Assembly: GCF_028641065.1 (NCBI RefSeq)
Contig: NW_026576597.1
Span: forward strand, 496,001-560,000
Origin: Leucoraja erinacea
Lineage: Eukaryota
Direction of reading: 5' to 3'
Length of the DNA: 64,000 nucleotides
Each line of letters opens with the position of its first letter. Positions within the stretch are counted from its first letter, which is position 1. A program made the position numbers and the translations under genes. Positions 24,604-37,599 of the stretch are shown here, in pieces. The notes beneath the pieces are model-generated. The model did no database searches. It worked only from the letters and a program-made list of their open reading frames with translations, and had not been told where the DNA came from.

Positions 24604-27079
24604 TGGGCTGTGGGCCGAGCATCAAAAATGTGTCTAGAAATCGGTTTCGTGACCCAGGTCACAGAACTACATGAAATTTTCCACAGATTTAGATGAAATA
24701 CTAGACGAAGTGCAGACCCGTTGGGTCCTGTTTCCCCAATGCGCGTTTGCGGGGGGGAAGGGGGGGGGGCTGCTGCTGCGGCCTCACACAAACCACACCC
24801 CCCAAACACACAAGCGGGGGGGGGGGAGACGTGAGGTAGAGGTGAGGTAGAGGGAGACGGGGGTGGGAGAGGGGGAGGGGGAGGGGGGGGAAACAGGAGA
24901 GCGGGGTAGGCGGAGAGAACGGGGAAGGGGAGGGGGAGGAAGTGGGGAGTGGTTGAAGAGCGGGAGGGCAGGAAGAGGGGGAGGGGGAGAAGGGTAGGGG
25001 GGTGAGAGCTGTAGTGTGGGGGGAGGGGGAAGAGTGTGGAGGGAGGGGAGAGAGAGGGGGGGAAGAGTGGGGAGAGAGAGAGGGAAGGGGGTGGGGAGAG
25101 AGAAGGAAGGGTGGGGAGAGAGAAGGAAGGGAGGGGGGCAGAGGGAGGGGTGTGGGGAGATAAGTGGAAGAATGGGGGGGAGAGGTGTGGAGGCAAAAAG
25201 AGGGGAAGGGAGGGAGGGATGGGAAGGGAGGGGGAAGTTGTGGAGGGGGGGGGGAGGGATATGGGGTAGGGGACGGAGGGGGAATAGTGTGGAGGGAGGG
25301 GTGGGGGAGAGTGAGAAGGGGGGTGGGGGAGAAAGGGAAGGGGTGGGGGAGGAAAGGGAAGGGGTGGGGGGGGGAGAGGGAAGGGGGGGGTGGGGGAGGA
25401 GAGGAGGTGGGGGGGGGATAGAGGTGTGGGGGAGGGAGGAGAGGGGGAGGGGGGGGAGATGGAGAGGGGGAAAGAGATAGGGAGGAGGAGAGGGGAGAGG
25501 TGTGGGGAGGGAGAGGAGGATGTGAGATGGGGGGTAGGGTGGAGGGGAAGAGGGTGTGGCGGGGAGGGGAGAGGGGAAAGAGTTTAGGGGGAGGGAGAGT
25601 GGGAGGGGAGGGGGAGGGGTAGGGACAGTCCATCTATTCCCCATTCCCTATCACCCCCAATCTTCTTTCTCTATTCCCCCACGTGATCACGCGCTTCGAC
25701 ACAGGCTGCGTGGGTGGGGGGCTGGGGCTGGTGCAAAGGCATATGTAAATGAGATCTATTATATTGAGCATTGGGCATTGTGTCATCACACGATGGAACG
25801 TTCACCAACATTCTATGGGCGAGAGCTGTTTTTTTTTAACATCTTGAAAATTTTTTTGGGGGGGGGGGAGGATTTTATTTAAAATGTGTACTTAAACACG
25901 ACAAAATTTAATGAGGAGCGGATTAGCGAATGTAAAAGTGAAATCTCTACCGAAATTGAAAAAATCTCGGCGTTTCAGCGTGCGGTATTGGCGGACCAAG
26001 GAATCAAAGGCCAAAAATCTAATCTGAAAATGGAGTCTGACACATGTACACGCGCACACACACACGCACACACACAGCACACACACAGTTTTAATATAGA
26101 CCAGATCAAGTGCAGACCCGTTGGGTCTGTTTCCCCAATGAGCGTTTGCGGGGGGGACGGATGACGACGACTGCGGCATAACGCTCACACTAACCACACC
26201 CCCCCCAAACACTCAGGCGGGGGGAGAGGAGAGCAGGGTGGGGTAGAGGGAGGGGGAGGACAGTGGGGAGTGGGAATAGAGCAGGGAGGACAGGATGGGG
26301 GGGGAGAGGGTAGGAGACGGGGGGAGGGGGAGAGAGAGGGAGGGGGGAAGAGAGAGGTGGGAAGAGTGGGGAGTAAGGGGGAGAGGGGGGGTAGCGGTGG
26401 AAGAGAGAGGGGAAAGGGGGTGGAGGGGAGATGGGGGTGAAGACGGGTGGGAAAAGGGGGGAGAGGGGTTGGGAGGATGGAGGGGTGAGGAGAGTTGGAA
26501 GGGAGGGGTGTGAGAGGAGGGGGAAGAGAGGGAGGAAGGAGGGGGAAGAGTGTGGAGGGAAGGGGAGAGTGGTAGGGGGGAGGGGAAGAGGGGAACAGTG
26601 GTGATGGAGGGTAAGAGTTGGAGAGGGGTAGGGGGAGTGGTGGAAGAGGCAGAGATGGGTAGGGGAGAGGAGTGGCGGTTGGGGGTGGGAGGGGAGAGGG
26701 GTGAGGAGAGAAGGAGAGGGGCGAAAGGGAGGAGGAGAGGGGGTGGGAGGAGGAGGATAGGGGGAGGGAGGAGCGGAAGAGTGTGGAGGGAGGTGGAGAG
26801 AGGGAAGAGTGGGGAGGGAGAGTGGGGGGAGGGAGATGGGGAGGGTGGAGGGAGATAAGTGGAAGAATGGGGAGCGAGGGGGAGTGGTGGAAGTGGGAGG
26901 GGGAGTTGTGGAAGTGGGAGAGGGGGAGGGTAAGGGAGTGGGGAGGGAGGGGGAGATAGGGTGGGGGAGGGAGTGAGAGGGGTGGGGGAAGGAGGGAGAG
27001 AAGTGGAAGAGTGGGGTGTTCATGTAGTTCTGTGACTTGGGTCACGAAAGTAGAATAAAGCTCCTCGGCCCACAGCCTA
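24604..27079. mobile_element. Non-autonomous TIR DNA transposon (Academ-like) carrying nested Helitrons
   Basis: 16-bp terminal IR T(G/A)GGCTGTGGGCCGAG, a 31-bp subterminal IR with one mismatch, and a 3-bp GAT duplication at 24601-24603 and 27080-27082. Confidence 0.75.
24701..27018 (-). mobile_element. Two head-to-tail non-autonomous Helitrons (24701-26100 complete; 26101-27018 5'-truncated)
   Basis: 3' hairpin CAGACCCAACGGGTCTG plus CTAG/CTGG. The minus-strand junction reads CTGG|TCTATATTAAAA at 26100/26101. Confidence 0.82.
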
Positions 27080-27439
27080 GATTGCGGGTTATTTTATTGG
27101 TTTGTGTGGGTTGACGATGATATCACAACCAAAGTTCCTGCCCCAGCCCACACCTCCAGCTCCAGGTGACCCGTTCACATCCCGTCCACTCTCCCCAGGG
27201 TTTACTGATGGAACTCACTGCCGGTGAAGACCACAGGGCAGGTGCTGGGGCACAAATAAACCAACCATTTATCAGCTTCCACTGTTGATTGTAAATCTGC
27301 AATTGCATTTCTGCTCTGCCTGTTAGTTGTGAACTAGACCTGGTCTCTGCTCCTTACATTCCCCACCCACACTCATTGCATTCTGGTTTTCAGTGTCCTG
27401 TCACCTTGGTTAACCTGTTCTCACCCTGTCTGCCCACAG

Positions 27440-27721
27440 TGCCCCCTCAGGCTGCCATGTACCCCGAGGATCCCGTGGAGTGGGGTAAGCCCAACACCTT
27501 GATCTGTCTGGCTGACGGATTCGCACCTCCGCGCATCAACATGAAGTGGAAACGGAACGATGAGCCTGTGAGCAAGGGAATCAACACCACGGAGTATTAC
27601 ATAAAGAGAGATTACACCTTCCAGAGGTTCACCTACCTGAGCTTCGTCCCGAGCCCGGGAGACATGTACTCCTGCCACGTGGAGCACGAGGGTCTGGAGA
27701 GGCCAACCACTGTCTTCTGGG
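27440..27721 (+). CDS. DAA: MHC class II alpha chain, exon 3 (alpha2 C1-set Ig domain)
   Basis: cccacag acceptor, GTCAGT donor, 282 nt (the canonical size). Encodes VPPQAAMYPEDPVEWGKPNTLIC...WKRN...FTYLSFVPSPGDMYSCHVEHEGLERPTTVFW. Confidence 0.97.
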
Positions 27722-28659
27722 GTCAGTATGGACCAGGTTAACGGGGCTGATCTCTATGCGGGGTTGGGACTGGTTGGTGGTAGGTCCCGCATTCACCTGG
27801 TCCAGTAGCAAGGTCTCAGCTTTCTGTTCCAGCTACAAGTAGGTGGAGTGCTGGGTACCACCATGTACCGTGGGGTTCAAGACCAGTGAATGTGTCCTGC
27901 TCGCGGAGTGAGGGTTGCTGGTGCTGTCTAACCAGGGTGGGCGATTGTAAAACCAGTCTAGACGCTGACAAATGGCAAATAGAGCTGTCATTGTCCATGT
28001 TGTCCACACAGTAATGAGGAGAGCACTGTGTCTCTGCCATGATTGGATTCCCAGTCAGTAATGAAACAGGCTTGGTTGTCAGAAACCACAGATGAGGACG
28101 AGGCTCACATTCCCGGCCATATCCTGGGGCAATGTTCAGGACCTATTCTGACTGCACGTTGTGGATGTTCTGATTAGATTGTTCCCCGGGCAGTTGTCCA
28201 TCTTGAGTGTCTCCAGACCATTTCAGTCCTGGGATTTTAGTGTATTCTGACAGAGTGCCCACAATAATGAATCTTTCCTGCTGGGAGATTTACTCTGAGC
28301 TGCTGCAAATTGGGATACGGCATCCAACACAGCAAAGTCTTCACTGGTAATGCACATTCAGTGATTGAGCTAAATCAGTGAGTTTACATCATTGATACTC
28401 TTTCTCCTTACAACTAAAGGGCGATCGCACTCTCCAATTAGTCTGTTAACTAATCTAATAATAATAATAATAATATATTTTATTGTCATTGCACGTAAGT
28501 GCAACAAGATTTAGTATGCAGCTCCACGATGTACAAGAAAAGTAAAATAAATAAATAAGCAAGCTGAGTGACTTGACCATCCGAGGGAGACTGTCCAGCG
28601 GGGGTGGGTGGGGGGGGGGGGGGGCACTCAGCAGGGCCGGATCTCACCCCGGATTCTAT

Positions 28660-28865
28660 CCCTCACCCACACTTTGGATCAATTTACAGCAGTCATTAAA
28701 CCTGCCAACCCACATGTTTTTGAGATGTTCGGGGAAACAGCACCCAGTGAATACCCGCGCAGTCACAGGGAGAAAGTGCAAACTCCACACATACAATGTT
28801 ACGATTGAACCCAGGTTCTTGGAGTTGTGAGGCTTTGGTCTTACCCACTGCACCACTTTGTCACC
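28660..28865 (-). mobile_element. HE1-like V-SINE
   Basis: Reverse complement of GTGTGGAGTTTGCAC..TCTCCCTGTGACTGCGCGGG V-core with a tRNA-like head. Confidence 0.65.
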
Positions 28866-29339
28866 CAAAGTTAATCCCCTTGGTTTATCAGCGGATAAAA
28901 TTGCTTCTATTGGCTTTTGACAGCCTACAACAGAGAGAATGGGCAGCTAAAAACAAAATGGGAATTAAGGACTAAACAGAAATGAACAGAGAGAAATTCT
29001 GTCTTTTCATCACCTCTTCTTTTGCTGCCCATTCTCTCTGATGTACAATGAAAATGTTGCTTGCACCAGACTCATAAGATATGTGTTCTTTCACATGGGT
29101 ATAAAAGCGTTAATAAACTGGAGGGCATAGACATATATGACAAACAAATCAAATTATATATAAAAATAAATTATACATAAATTACACTAAAAATTAAGCA
29201 AGGCTGCGCAAAAAATCAAGATAGTGCAAAACGCAATTAGTCTGTCTCGTTGCTCTTTGTCTCAGCCATTCCCCTTCTCCATCTATCACTCCTGCCCCAC
29301 TCATACTTGTCTGTTTTCCCTTTCTCTCTGCTCCCCAGC

Positions 29340-30395
29340 TCCATCTCTCGCCTCCTTTCACTCATCCTCGGCACCAAATCCCCCCACAACCCCCCCCTCT
29401 CCCATATCAACTCCTGTTTGTCAGCTATAAAAACCTGGATGCAACATAATTTCCTCAAACTCAACAGCGATAAGACAGAATTCCTCCTCATAGGCTCCAA
29501 AGCCACACTCAGCAAAATCAATAACCCCACTCTCACCATCGACGGCACCACTATCTCCCCATCTCCCCAGGCCCGCAACCTTGGCGTGATCTTTGATTCC
29601 ACCCTCTCCCTTGAGCCTCACATCCGCCATGTCATTAACACTTCCTCCTTTCATCTCCGCCACATCGCCAAACTCAGACCCTCTCTCACACCTCCCGCTG
29701 CTGAAAGACTCATCCATGCCTTCATCTCCTCCCGACTGGACTACTGCAACTCACTTCTCCTTGGCATCAGCTCCACCTACATCAACCGACTCCAACTGGT
29801 CCAGAACGCAGCCGCCCGACTCATCACCCACACCAAATCCTGGCATCACATCACTCCAGTCCTCAAACAACTTCACTGGCTTCCCATCTCCCACCGGATC
29901 ACCTACAAAATCCTGATCCTCACCTACAAAGCCCTCTACCATCTGGCCCCCCCATATCTCACTGACCTCCTCTCCCCCTACCAACCCTCACGGTCCCTCA
30001 GATCCACATCAGCCGGTCTCCTCTCCATCCACAAGTCCAACCTCCACAGTTTTGGGGACAGCCTTCTCCAGGGCAGCTCCCAGGCTCTGGAACTTCCTCC
30101 CCCAACTGATCCGCAATTCTGTGTTCCTCACCATCTTCCAGTCCCGCCTCAAGACCCATCTCTTCACCTCTGCCTATCCTTAGCCCCACGTCCCCCTCCC
30201 TTTTCATCTCTGCATTAATTGCCTCATATTGTGTTTTGTATTGAATTCTGTCTTTACTTTGTGTACTAGTCATGTATCTACTATTTATTTAATTCCCCTT
30301 ACATGTTTTTCCTCTACTTGCTACATTTTTGTAAGGTGTCCTTGAGACTCTTGAAAGGCGCCCATAAATAAAATTTATTATTATTATTATTATTA
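29340..30395 (+). mobile_element. L2 LINE 3' half
   Basis: LKLNSDKTEFLLIG, SRLDYCNSLL, LQLVQNAAAR and LHWLP motifs with a (TTA)n tail. Confidence 0.92.
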
Positions 30396-30719
30396 TCCTC
30401 TCTCCTTCTCTCAACCCTTTCCTTCTCTGCACAATTTATTGTTGTCCTCATAACATCACACCTGTAGAGTCAGCAAAGATCCTCTTCCTCGCCTGTTCTT
30501 TCCCCGTCTTTAAATGCATTGCCTACCTTTTGAGTAAGTAACATACAGAAACCTGATTCAAGCATAATGGGATTAGAAACAATATGAAGAAACCATTACA
30601 TCAAAGGGAGAAAACAGAGGGATCTGATGAGTGGAAAAGACAAATACAGGCAACCTGGAAATCTGAAATACTGGATTCAGTCAACAGGAGATAGAGGGAC
30701 AGATATAAAGGCATTTACC

Positions 30720-32480
30720 AGAGCTATATGTTAAAATGGTGTAATGATACTAGGAGATTTCATCCTTGGGAAGTTAAAGGACACCATTTTTGAGGTTTGT
30801 CCAGGAGAGTTTTTTGACATAGTATATAGTAGACCAATGAGGGAAGGAGCAGCACTGGATCTCAGGGAATGTAACCGGTCAAGTGGAGGAGCATTTTGGA
30901 GATAGTGATGGGAACTAATGACACAGAGCCTGTCAAGAGTATAAAGAGTGTCAGGAGGAGCTTGAAACAGAAATTGGAAAGGAAAAGAGGGGTCATGAGA
31001 AAACACTGGCTGACAGGACTAAGTTAAGTTGGAAAGTCTATTGTAAGTACATTAAGAATAAAAGAAACAGGGAAAGGGCAGAGCCCATTATGGACATCAG
31101 GGGCAATTCATGAGTAGAACCAGAAGATGGAGGTGAGGTCCTAATTACACACTTGGTATCAATATTGCCAAATGAATGGAGGGTTATGGTATGAGTGCAG
31201 GCAGGTGGGACTAAGGGAAAAAAGTTGTTCGGCACGGACTTGTAGGGCCGAGATGGCCTGTTTCCGTGCTGTAATTGTTATATGTTATATGTTATAAACA
31301 GACTTAGTAGTTGGAGGATTCAGCAAAAAAGTCGGGGAGGTTCATGCAAGTCTCCATAAATAAAAATGGATGCATAGAATGCCTTAATGACTTGGATCCC
31401 ATGTGATGTGTAGGTTCCAAGGAGTGATAGGTGAATAAATAGAAAATTGGCTTAATAGAAGAGAGCAGAGGGTGATGGTGGAAGGTTGTTCTTTGGACTG
31501 GAGACCCGTGGACTAGTGGTGTGCCTCAGAGTTCAGTGGTGGGCCCATTGCTGTTTGTCATCTATATCAATCATTTGGATGAGATTGTACATAGCATTAT
31601 TAGCAAGTTTGCAGATGACACTAAAATGGGTGGTATTGCGGATAGTGACGATAGTTGTCAAAAATTGCAGCAGGACCTTGATCGGCTGGCCAGGTGGGCT
31701 GAGGAATAGTTGATGAAAGTTAAAACATAGTGTTGCATTTTAAGTGTTGCATTTTATCCAGGGCAGGACCTACAAAGTGAATGTTAGGGCTCTGGGAATG
31801 GTTAGAGCAGATGGATCTAGGAGTGCAGCTACATAGTTGCCCGTAAGAAACATCACTGATAGGGTGACAAAGGGTGGTTAAGAAGGCTTTTAGCACATTG
31901 GCTTTCATAAGTCAGAGTACTGATTATGGAAGTTGGAAGTCCATGTTACAGTTGTACAATACATTGGCAAAGCCACATTTAGAGCATTCTGTTCAATTTC
32001 GCACTATGTTCTAGGAAAAATGTTGTCAAGCTGGAAAAGGTGCAGAGAAGATATTGGCAGGACTCTAGGGGCTGAGCTATAGAGAGTAGTTGAGCAGGCT
32101 AGGACTGCTCTTTGGAGCACAGGAGAAAGTGGGGTGATCTAATGCAGGTGTATAAGATAAGGAGATGGATATATAGGGTAAGTGCATGGTTTTTAACCCA
32201 AAATAGGAGAATCAAGAACCAGAGGGCATAAGGGGAAAATATTTAGTAACTTGAGGGGCATTTTTTTTTTTTTTACACAAGGGGTAACAGGTATATGGTA
32301 TGTGCTGCCAGAGGAGGTAGTTGTGGCAGGTACAAGTGCAATGTTCAAAAAATATTAGACAGGTACATGGATAGGATAGGTTTAGAGCGATATGGGCCAA
32401 ATGCGGGCAGGTGGGACTAGTGTAGGTTGGTTGGCATGGGCAAATTGGACCGAAGGGCCTGTTTCCACGCTATCTCACTC
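30720..32480 (+). mobile_element. Old CR1 LINE, decayed
   Basis: PQ.SV.GPLLF.IYIN...SKFADDTK motif and a CR1 tail. Confidence 0.8.
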
Positions 32481-32512
32481 TGGCTTAAAGTTGAATAAAT
32501 CTCTAAAATAGT

Positions 32513-34045
32513 GTAGAATAGTAAGATTAAACGAGAACTTACCAGTTTGAGCTTTATTTTATGAGGAGTTACGTTGGTGATTGCGTGAAGAAGACCCGCC
32601 AGTGCGCATGCACGTCAATCTTCAAAACAAATGCAATCACAGATAACAGAATAGTTGAAGTAACATAGTAAGATCAGCAACATGAGAACGACCATATGAT
32701 CTTTATGAGAGAGAGGGTTGGGCGTGGTGGGCACGTAATCAACGCAACTCCTCATAAAATAAAGATCAAACTTCTAACTGGTAAGTTCTCGTTTAATCTT
32801 ACTGTTTTACTTCGGAGTCACGTGAGTGATTCCGTGAAGAGTTTAAAGCTCTGTGATTTCATGCCGCAGATTCAAATCCCGGCGTCTCACTGCATCGATT
32901 GACTCAGAATGAGTGAATAATCAATAATGAATTAAGCATAACATTGATTCAAATGTATTAATGGCTTATGTGAATAAAGCAATCAATAGCAACCCCTCTA
33001 TGTCAAGAGAGGCTAAAGTGAACGCAAAACAGAATGGGCAAAACAGCCCTGGTCGGCAATCAGCCTATGGTAAAAAAAAAATTTGAAATGTATTCACTGG
33101 ACCATCCTGCGGTCACGAGGATATGGATGATGAGAACATCCATTGTCCTGGCCGCTGACGTTGATGCCGTCCTGATGGAATGAGATGTAAAATCGTCAGT
33201 GTTTATACGTGCATAAAACCAGAACCTGCTTCAGCCACATTGAAATAGTCTGATTATCCCTTGTGTGACTGTTTGTGACTAAACCCAATGCTGAGTGGCC
33301 TCGATATAATATAGAAAACATGCCCTCACACATAGACGTGAGTCCGTGGGGTATGTCGCAATACGATCTTAAATTCTGCCACCCTTGGTCTGCTCTGCTT
33401 GTGTAGATCAGAATGTAAAACGTAATGGCATTTGCAGCCATTTCCATCCTATCTAGACGCAGCTTCTGCAATGTCTGCCTCGCTGTGCTGATCCTAGTGT
33501 CATGACTAAAGGATGTAGCTGGCTCTGGTGAAAATTGTTAACCCAATGTCAATGTCCCATACTACGTATACGTATACTGGGAGAAATTTGTGTTAGAGAC
33601 ATCGCTTGCAACTCGATATCCGGGGTTGAAAAAACCCAACTGGAAAACGTCAGTAATCTGTACCATGTTAAATGTAACATTAACATGAAACAAACCCCTT
33701 TCCAATATCCTGAATAGGAATGTACTGCTTTTTTGGTGCTCTCCCTGCAATCTGCAGTGAGCACCTGCATGTGCATTCAGAATGTGTAAATCACTAATAT
33801 ACAGAGGCTGGTTTCCTAACTCACTGTTTGAACCAGCAAAGTTTTTGTTTTTTAAAGTAACCTTATATGGTTGTATTATCATACTATCTCTCACCCCTGT
33901 TACCACATATTTCTGCAATCAATGAAAAGCATGAACCATATTTTATAAAATACTTTGGGATTCAACACTATTCTGCGTTGTCCTGAATCGGAACTTGATG
34001 ATACACCTGTGGCAAGGAATTAGGTAAATATTACCGGATATACTC
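32513..34045 (-). mobile_element. DIRS1-like tyrosine-recombinase retrotransposon, 3' part (decayed)
   Basis: Minus-strand TISMWLKQVL...FTSHSIRTASTSAA...ILVTAGWSS...FY(H) tyrosine-recombinase motifs. Inverted repeat 32513-32587 / 32732-32810 fits terminal repeat plus internal complementary region. Confidence 0.82.
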
Positions 34046-35000
34046 GGTATCCTGTACCTGCCTTCTCTCCATACCCCCGATCCCTTTAGCCACAAGGGCC
34101 ACATCTAACGCCCTCGTAAATATAGCCAATGAACTGGCCTCAACTACCCTCTGTGGCAGAGATCCACAGATCCACCACTCTCTTCTTTCTATATGCATGT
34201 CCTTTTATTCTGTGGCTGTGCCCTCTGTTCCTAGACTTTCCCATGAGTGGAAACATCCTCTCCACATCCACTCTATCCAGGCCTTTCACTATTGGGTAAG
34301 TTTCACTTGTCAAGGAGGAGACCAGTATGTGCAGCATTCCCCAGCAGATATAGTCAGGATCCCTCGTGAAATAAACCCCAGGGCTCAATCTGCCCGCAAT
34401 GCAGCTTCATTAACCTCTGTTAGCACGTTTAATGAATGAATGAATGAATAAGTTTATTGGCCAAGTATTCACATACAAGGAATTTGCTTTGGTGCTCCGG
34501 CCGCAAGTGACAAGTGACAACAACATACAGTGACAGGAATGACACTTTAAACATTAATAATAAAACATTATCGATTAAACTTGTGAATTAAATAAAATAC
34601 CAGAGCAAAAGGAGGCAACAGATTTTTGGTTATTGAGTAGAACCACTACTCGTGGATAAAAACTGTTTTTATGTCTGGCTGTGGCAGCTTTGACAGTTCA
34701 GAGTCACCTTCCAGAGGGAAGTGATTCAAAGAGTTTGTGGCCAGGATGAGAGGGGTCAGAGATGATCTTACCCGCTCACCTCCTGGCCCTTGCAGTGTAC
34801 AGTTCATCAATGGAGGGAAGGTTGCAGCCAATAACCTTCTTAATGATCAATGATTTCAACCCTGACTGTTCTCTCCACCACCTGCATTCCAGTTAGATTC
34901 TTATCTTTGTTTTCTTCACACTAAAATGCACCAAAACTCTCATGGTTACACTATTTGGGAGTGCAAACTTAATACCACGTTTCCATTGCTTTGTAACAAC

Positions 35001-35145
35001 CCCAGACCAATTCCATTCCCCACATTCTCCCCCTGATCATTCCCAAACTAATCCCATTGCCCAGACTCTCCACCTGATCATTCCTAGACCAATCCCATTG
35101 TCCACACACTCCCCACTTGATCAGTCCCAGACCATTCCCACTGCT
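35001..35145 (+). repeat. Degenerate ~41-bp tandem repeat, ~3.5 copies
   Basis: CCCAGACCAAT...CTGATCATT units. Confidence 0.7.
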
Positions 35146-35927
35146 CTGCTCTCCACATAGCTCCAGTTCAGTCTGAAGTGAATCCTACAGGTGTGCACAT
35201 TTCCTGCACTTGTAACAAGGTAGATCTCATCCCTCCCTCTCCTTAGATCCTGCGATCTGCTTCTATTTCACCGATTTGTCCAAACTTTACTTAATGTTCC
35301 AGGGGCTCTAGTACAACAATTGCCGTGACCTCAGACAGCTTCTCCCTGTGTATATGCTCCGATGGTGCCCATCTTACATTGCCGACCCTCCATCACTCTC
35401 ATGTGGGGTGTGGACAAGTTGGATGTGTCTCTGAAGCAGAGAAGATTGGACAGGTATATGTGGTGAGGTCTTGATCATGAAGGGTTCTCACACAGCAGAC
35501 AGGTGAAGTTGTTTCTGCTGCCATGGGTCAGGAACCAGACGAGATGGATATAAGACGTGAGATTTTTAAGCAGCAATCTCCTGTGATCTGGAATTCCGTG
35601 TTGAATCTGGAAATAAGTTGAATAATTATACTAGATAACGGGATAAAGAGCTGAAGGAAATGCCATGTAGTTGCAGGGCAGGTTGGATGCTGCTTTCACA
35701 TCGCTGGTACCTTGAGAATGTTAAACGTTAGCTGTTTGATATTGTGAGTATTTCACACAGATCGGGGAATTACTGATGTGTGGGGCCAGGGTTTGCTGAC
35801 GTAAGTGTGTATTTGGGGTGGGACTGGCTCCCCTCCACCCAGGTGGGCTTGGTCTCACAGCTCTCTGCTCTATGTGTTCATCCCGGGCTCTCTGTTGGAT
35901 CCTCACCCTTCCCTCGTCTCTCCCCAG

Positions 35928-36073
35928 AGCCCGAGGTACCTGAGGAAGTGTCCGGCCCTGGAACTGTGATCTGTGCTCTGGGAATCACTCTGGGAATCAT
36001 CAGCGCCGTGGTGGGAGTCATCTTACTGATCAAAGAGAGGCAGCGGCTGCAGGCTCAGCAGCAGGGCATCTAA
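35928..36073 (+). CDS. DAA: MHC class II alpha chain, exon 4 (connecting peptide, TM, cytoplasmic tail, stop)
   Basis: ctccccag acceptor. Encodes EPEVPEEVSGPGTVICALGITLGIISAVVGVILLIKERQRLQAQQQGI* with the CxxGxxxG class II alpha TM motif. A GTGAGT donor lies 2 nt after the stop. Spliced CDS is 64+249+282+146=741 nt. Confidence 0.95.
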
Positions 36074-36607
36074 CGGTGAGTGTGGGGCATGTGATGATCA
36101 CAGTCTGCCCAGTCCCATCACTGAGAGAGATTCTCCATCAGAAACTCCCAAGGCTGCTCCTTGTCACCCCTCTGGTACCAGGGCTCCACCGTTCACCCTC
36201 TGACCAGACACATTATCCAAACCTTCAGTGAAAATGGAAATCCAGGGAGGTTTAAATCTTGAACGGCCAATTTCATTCAATAAGGGAAAACCTGACAGAG
36301 GTAGAGACACAAGAGACTGCAGATGCTGGAATCTGGAGCAACACACAAGCTGCTGGGGAAACTCAGGCTGACACAGGGTTTCAAGCTGAGATGTCAACAT
36401 CACATTCTCCTCATGATACTGCTCAACACGTTGGTTTGTTGCTCCTGGCACAGGTGAATCGAGAGCATCTACTTGCAGTAAGTCTACATCTACACAGTGG
36501 GATGGGAAGCATTCAAAGGAGAAATAACGAGAATTAGCCCAATCAATCCCCATCATTGACTTCATCAATGATTGTACTCCACCGTTGACTCCACCACTGA
36601 CATGACG

Positions 36608-36895
36608 GCGACACAGTGACAAAGTGGCAGAGTTGCTGCCTTACAATGCCATATACCCGAGTTCAATCCTGACTACAGAGTTTACATATTCTCCCTGTGT
36701 CTGCGTGGGTTTTCTCTGGTGCTCCAGTTTGTACCCACACTCCAACGACATACAAGTTTGTAGGTTCATTTGGCTTCTGTCAATTGTAATTTGTTCCTAG
36801 TGTGCAGGATAGTGCTAGTATACAGTTACTGCTGTTTGGCGCAGACTCTGTTGGTCGAAGAGCCTGTTACCATGCTGTATATTCTAATGTCTAAA
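36608..36895 (+). mobile_element. HE1-like V-SINE
   Basis: tRNA-derived head (B-box-like GAGTTCAATCC), V-domain core and CR1-derived tail. Confidence 0.78.
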
Positions 36896-37599
36896 ATAAA
36901 GTAAAGCCACACTATGCTGCCTCAAAAAAGCAGCAAATATAATCTGAAGAAGGGTCTCAACTCGAAATACCATCTATTCCTTTTCTCCAGTGTTGCTGTC
37001 TGACCCGCAGAGTTACTCCAGCTTAGAATCAAAGACTTGTCCTACCCTGGTCATTCTTTTTTTCTCCCTGCTCCTATCCAAAAGAAGGTACAGAAGTTTT
37101 AAATCGCTGCACCAGTCTCAGGAACTGCTTCTTCCCCTCTGTTATCAGGCTACTGAACGGTCTTTCCATAAGCTAAGTAGTGTCCAATTCACCTCTACCT
37201 CATTAAGACAACGGACTTTGTTTATAACACTATTACACTATAAGCTCTTAGAGCTAAAGGAATCAAGGGATATGGGGAAAAAGCAGGAACGGGGTACTGA
37301 TTTTAGTTGATCAGCCATGATCAGATTGAATGGCGGTGCTGATTAGAAAGGCCGAATGGCCAACTACTGCACCTATGTTTCTAGGTTTCCAATGGTGAGA
37401 ACTCTATTCTGCACTCTGTATCTTCCCCTTTTCTCCATCTATTGTACTTATTATTGGCAGAATTGTATTTATTTGTGGCATATTTCATCTGATTAGATAG
37501 CATGCAAAGCAAATTGAATAATTGAATTGAATCATTAAAGTACTGTACCTCAGTACACGTGATTATAATAAACCTAACCTAAACCGAAACTTAAACATG

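Noticed and set aside
15605-36073. W-category or DM alpha assignment
   Set aside because: The sequence closely resembles classical shark class II alpha as recalled (N62/N69, tail KERQRLQAQQ.GI). A phylogeny would confirm.
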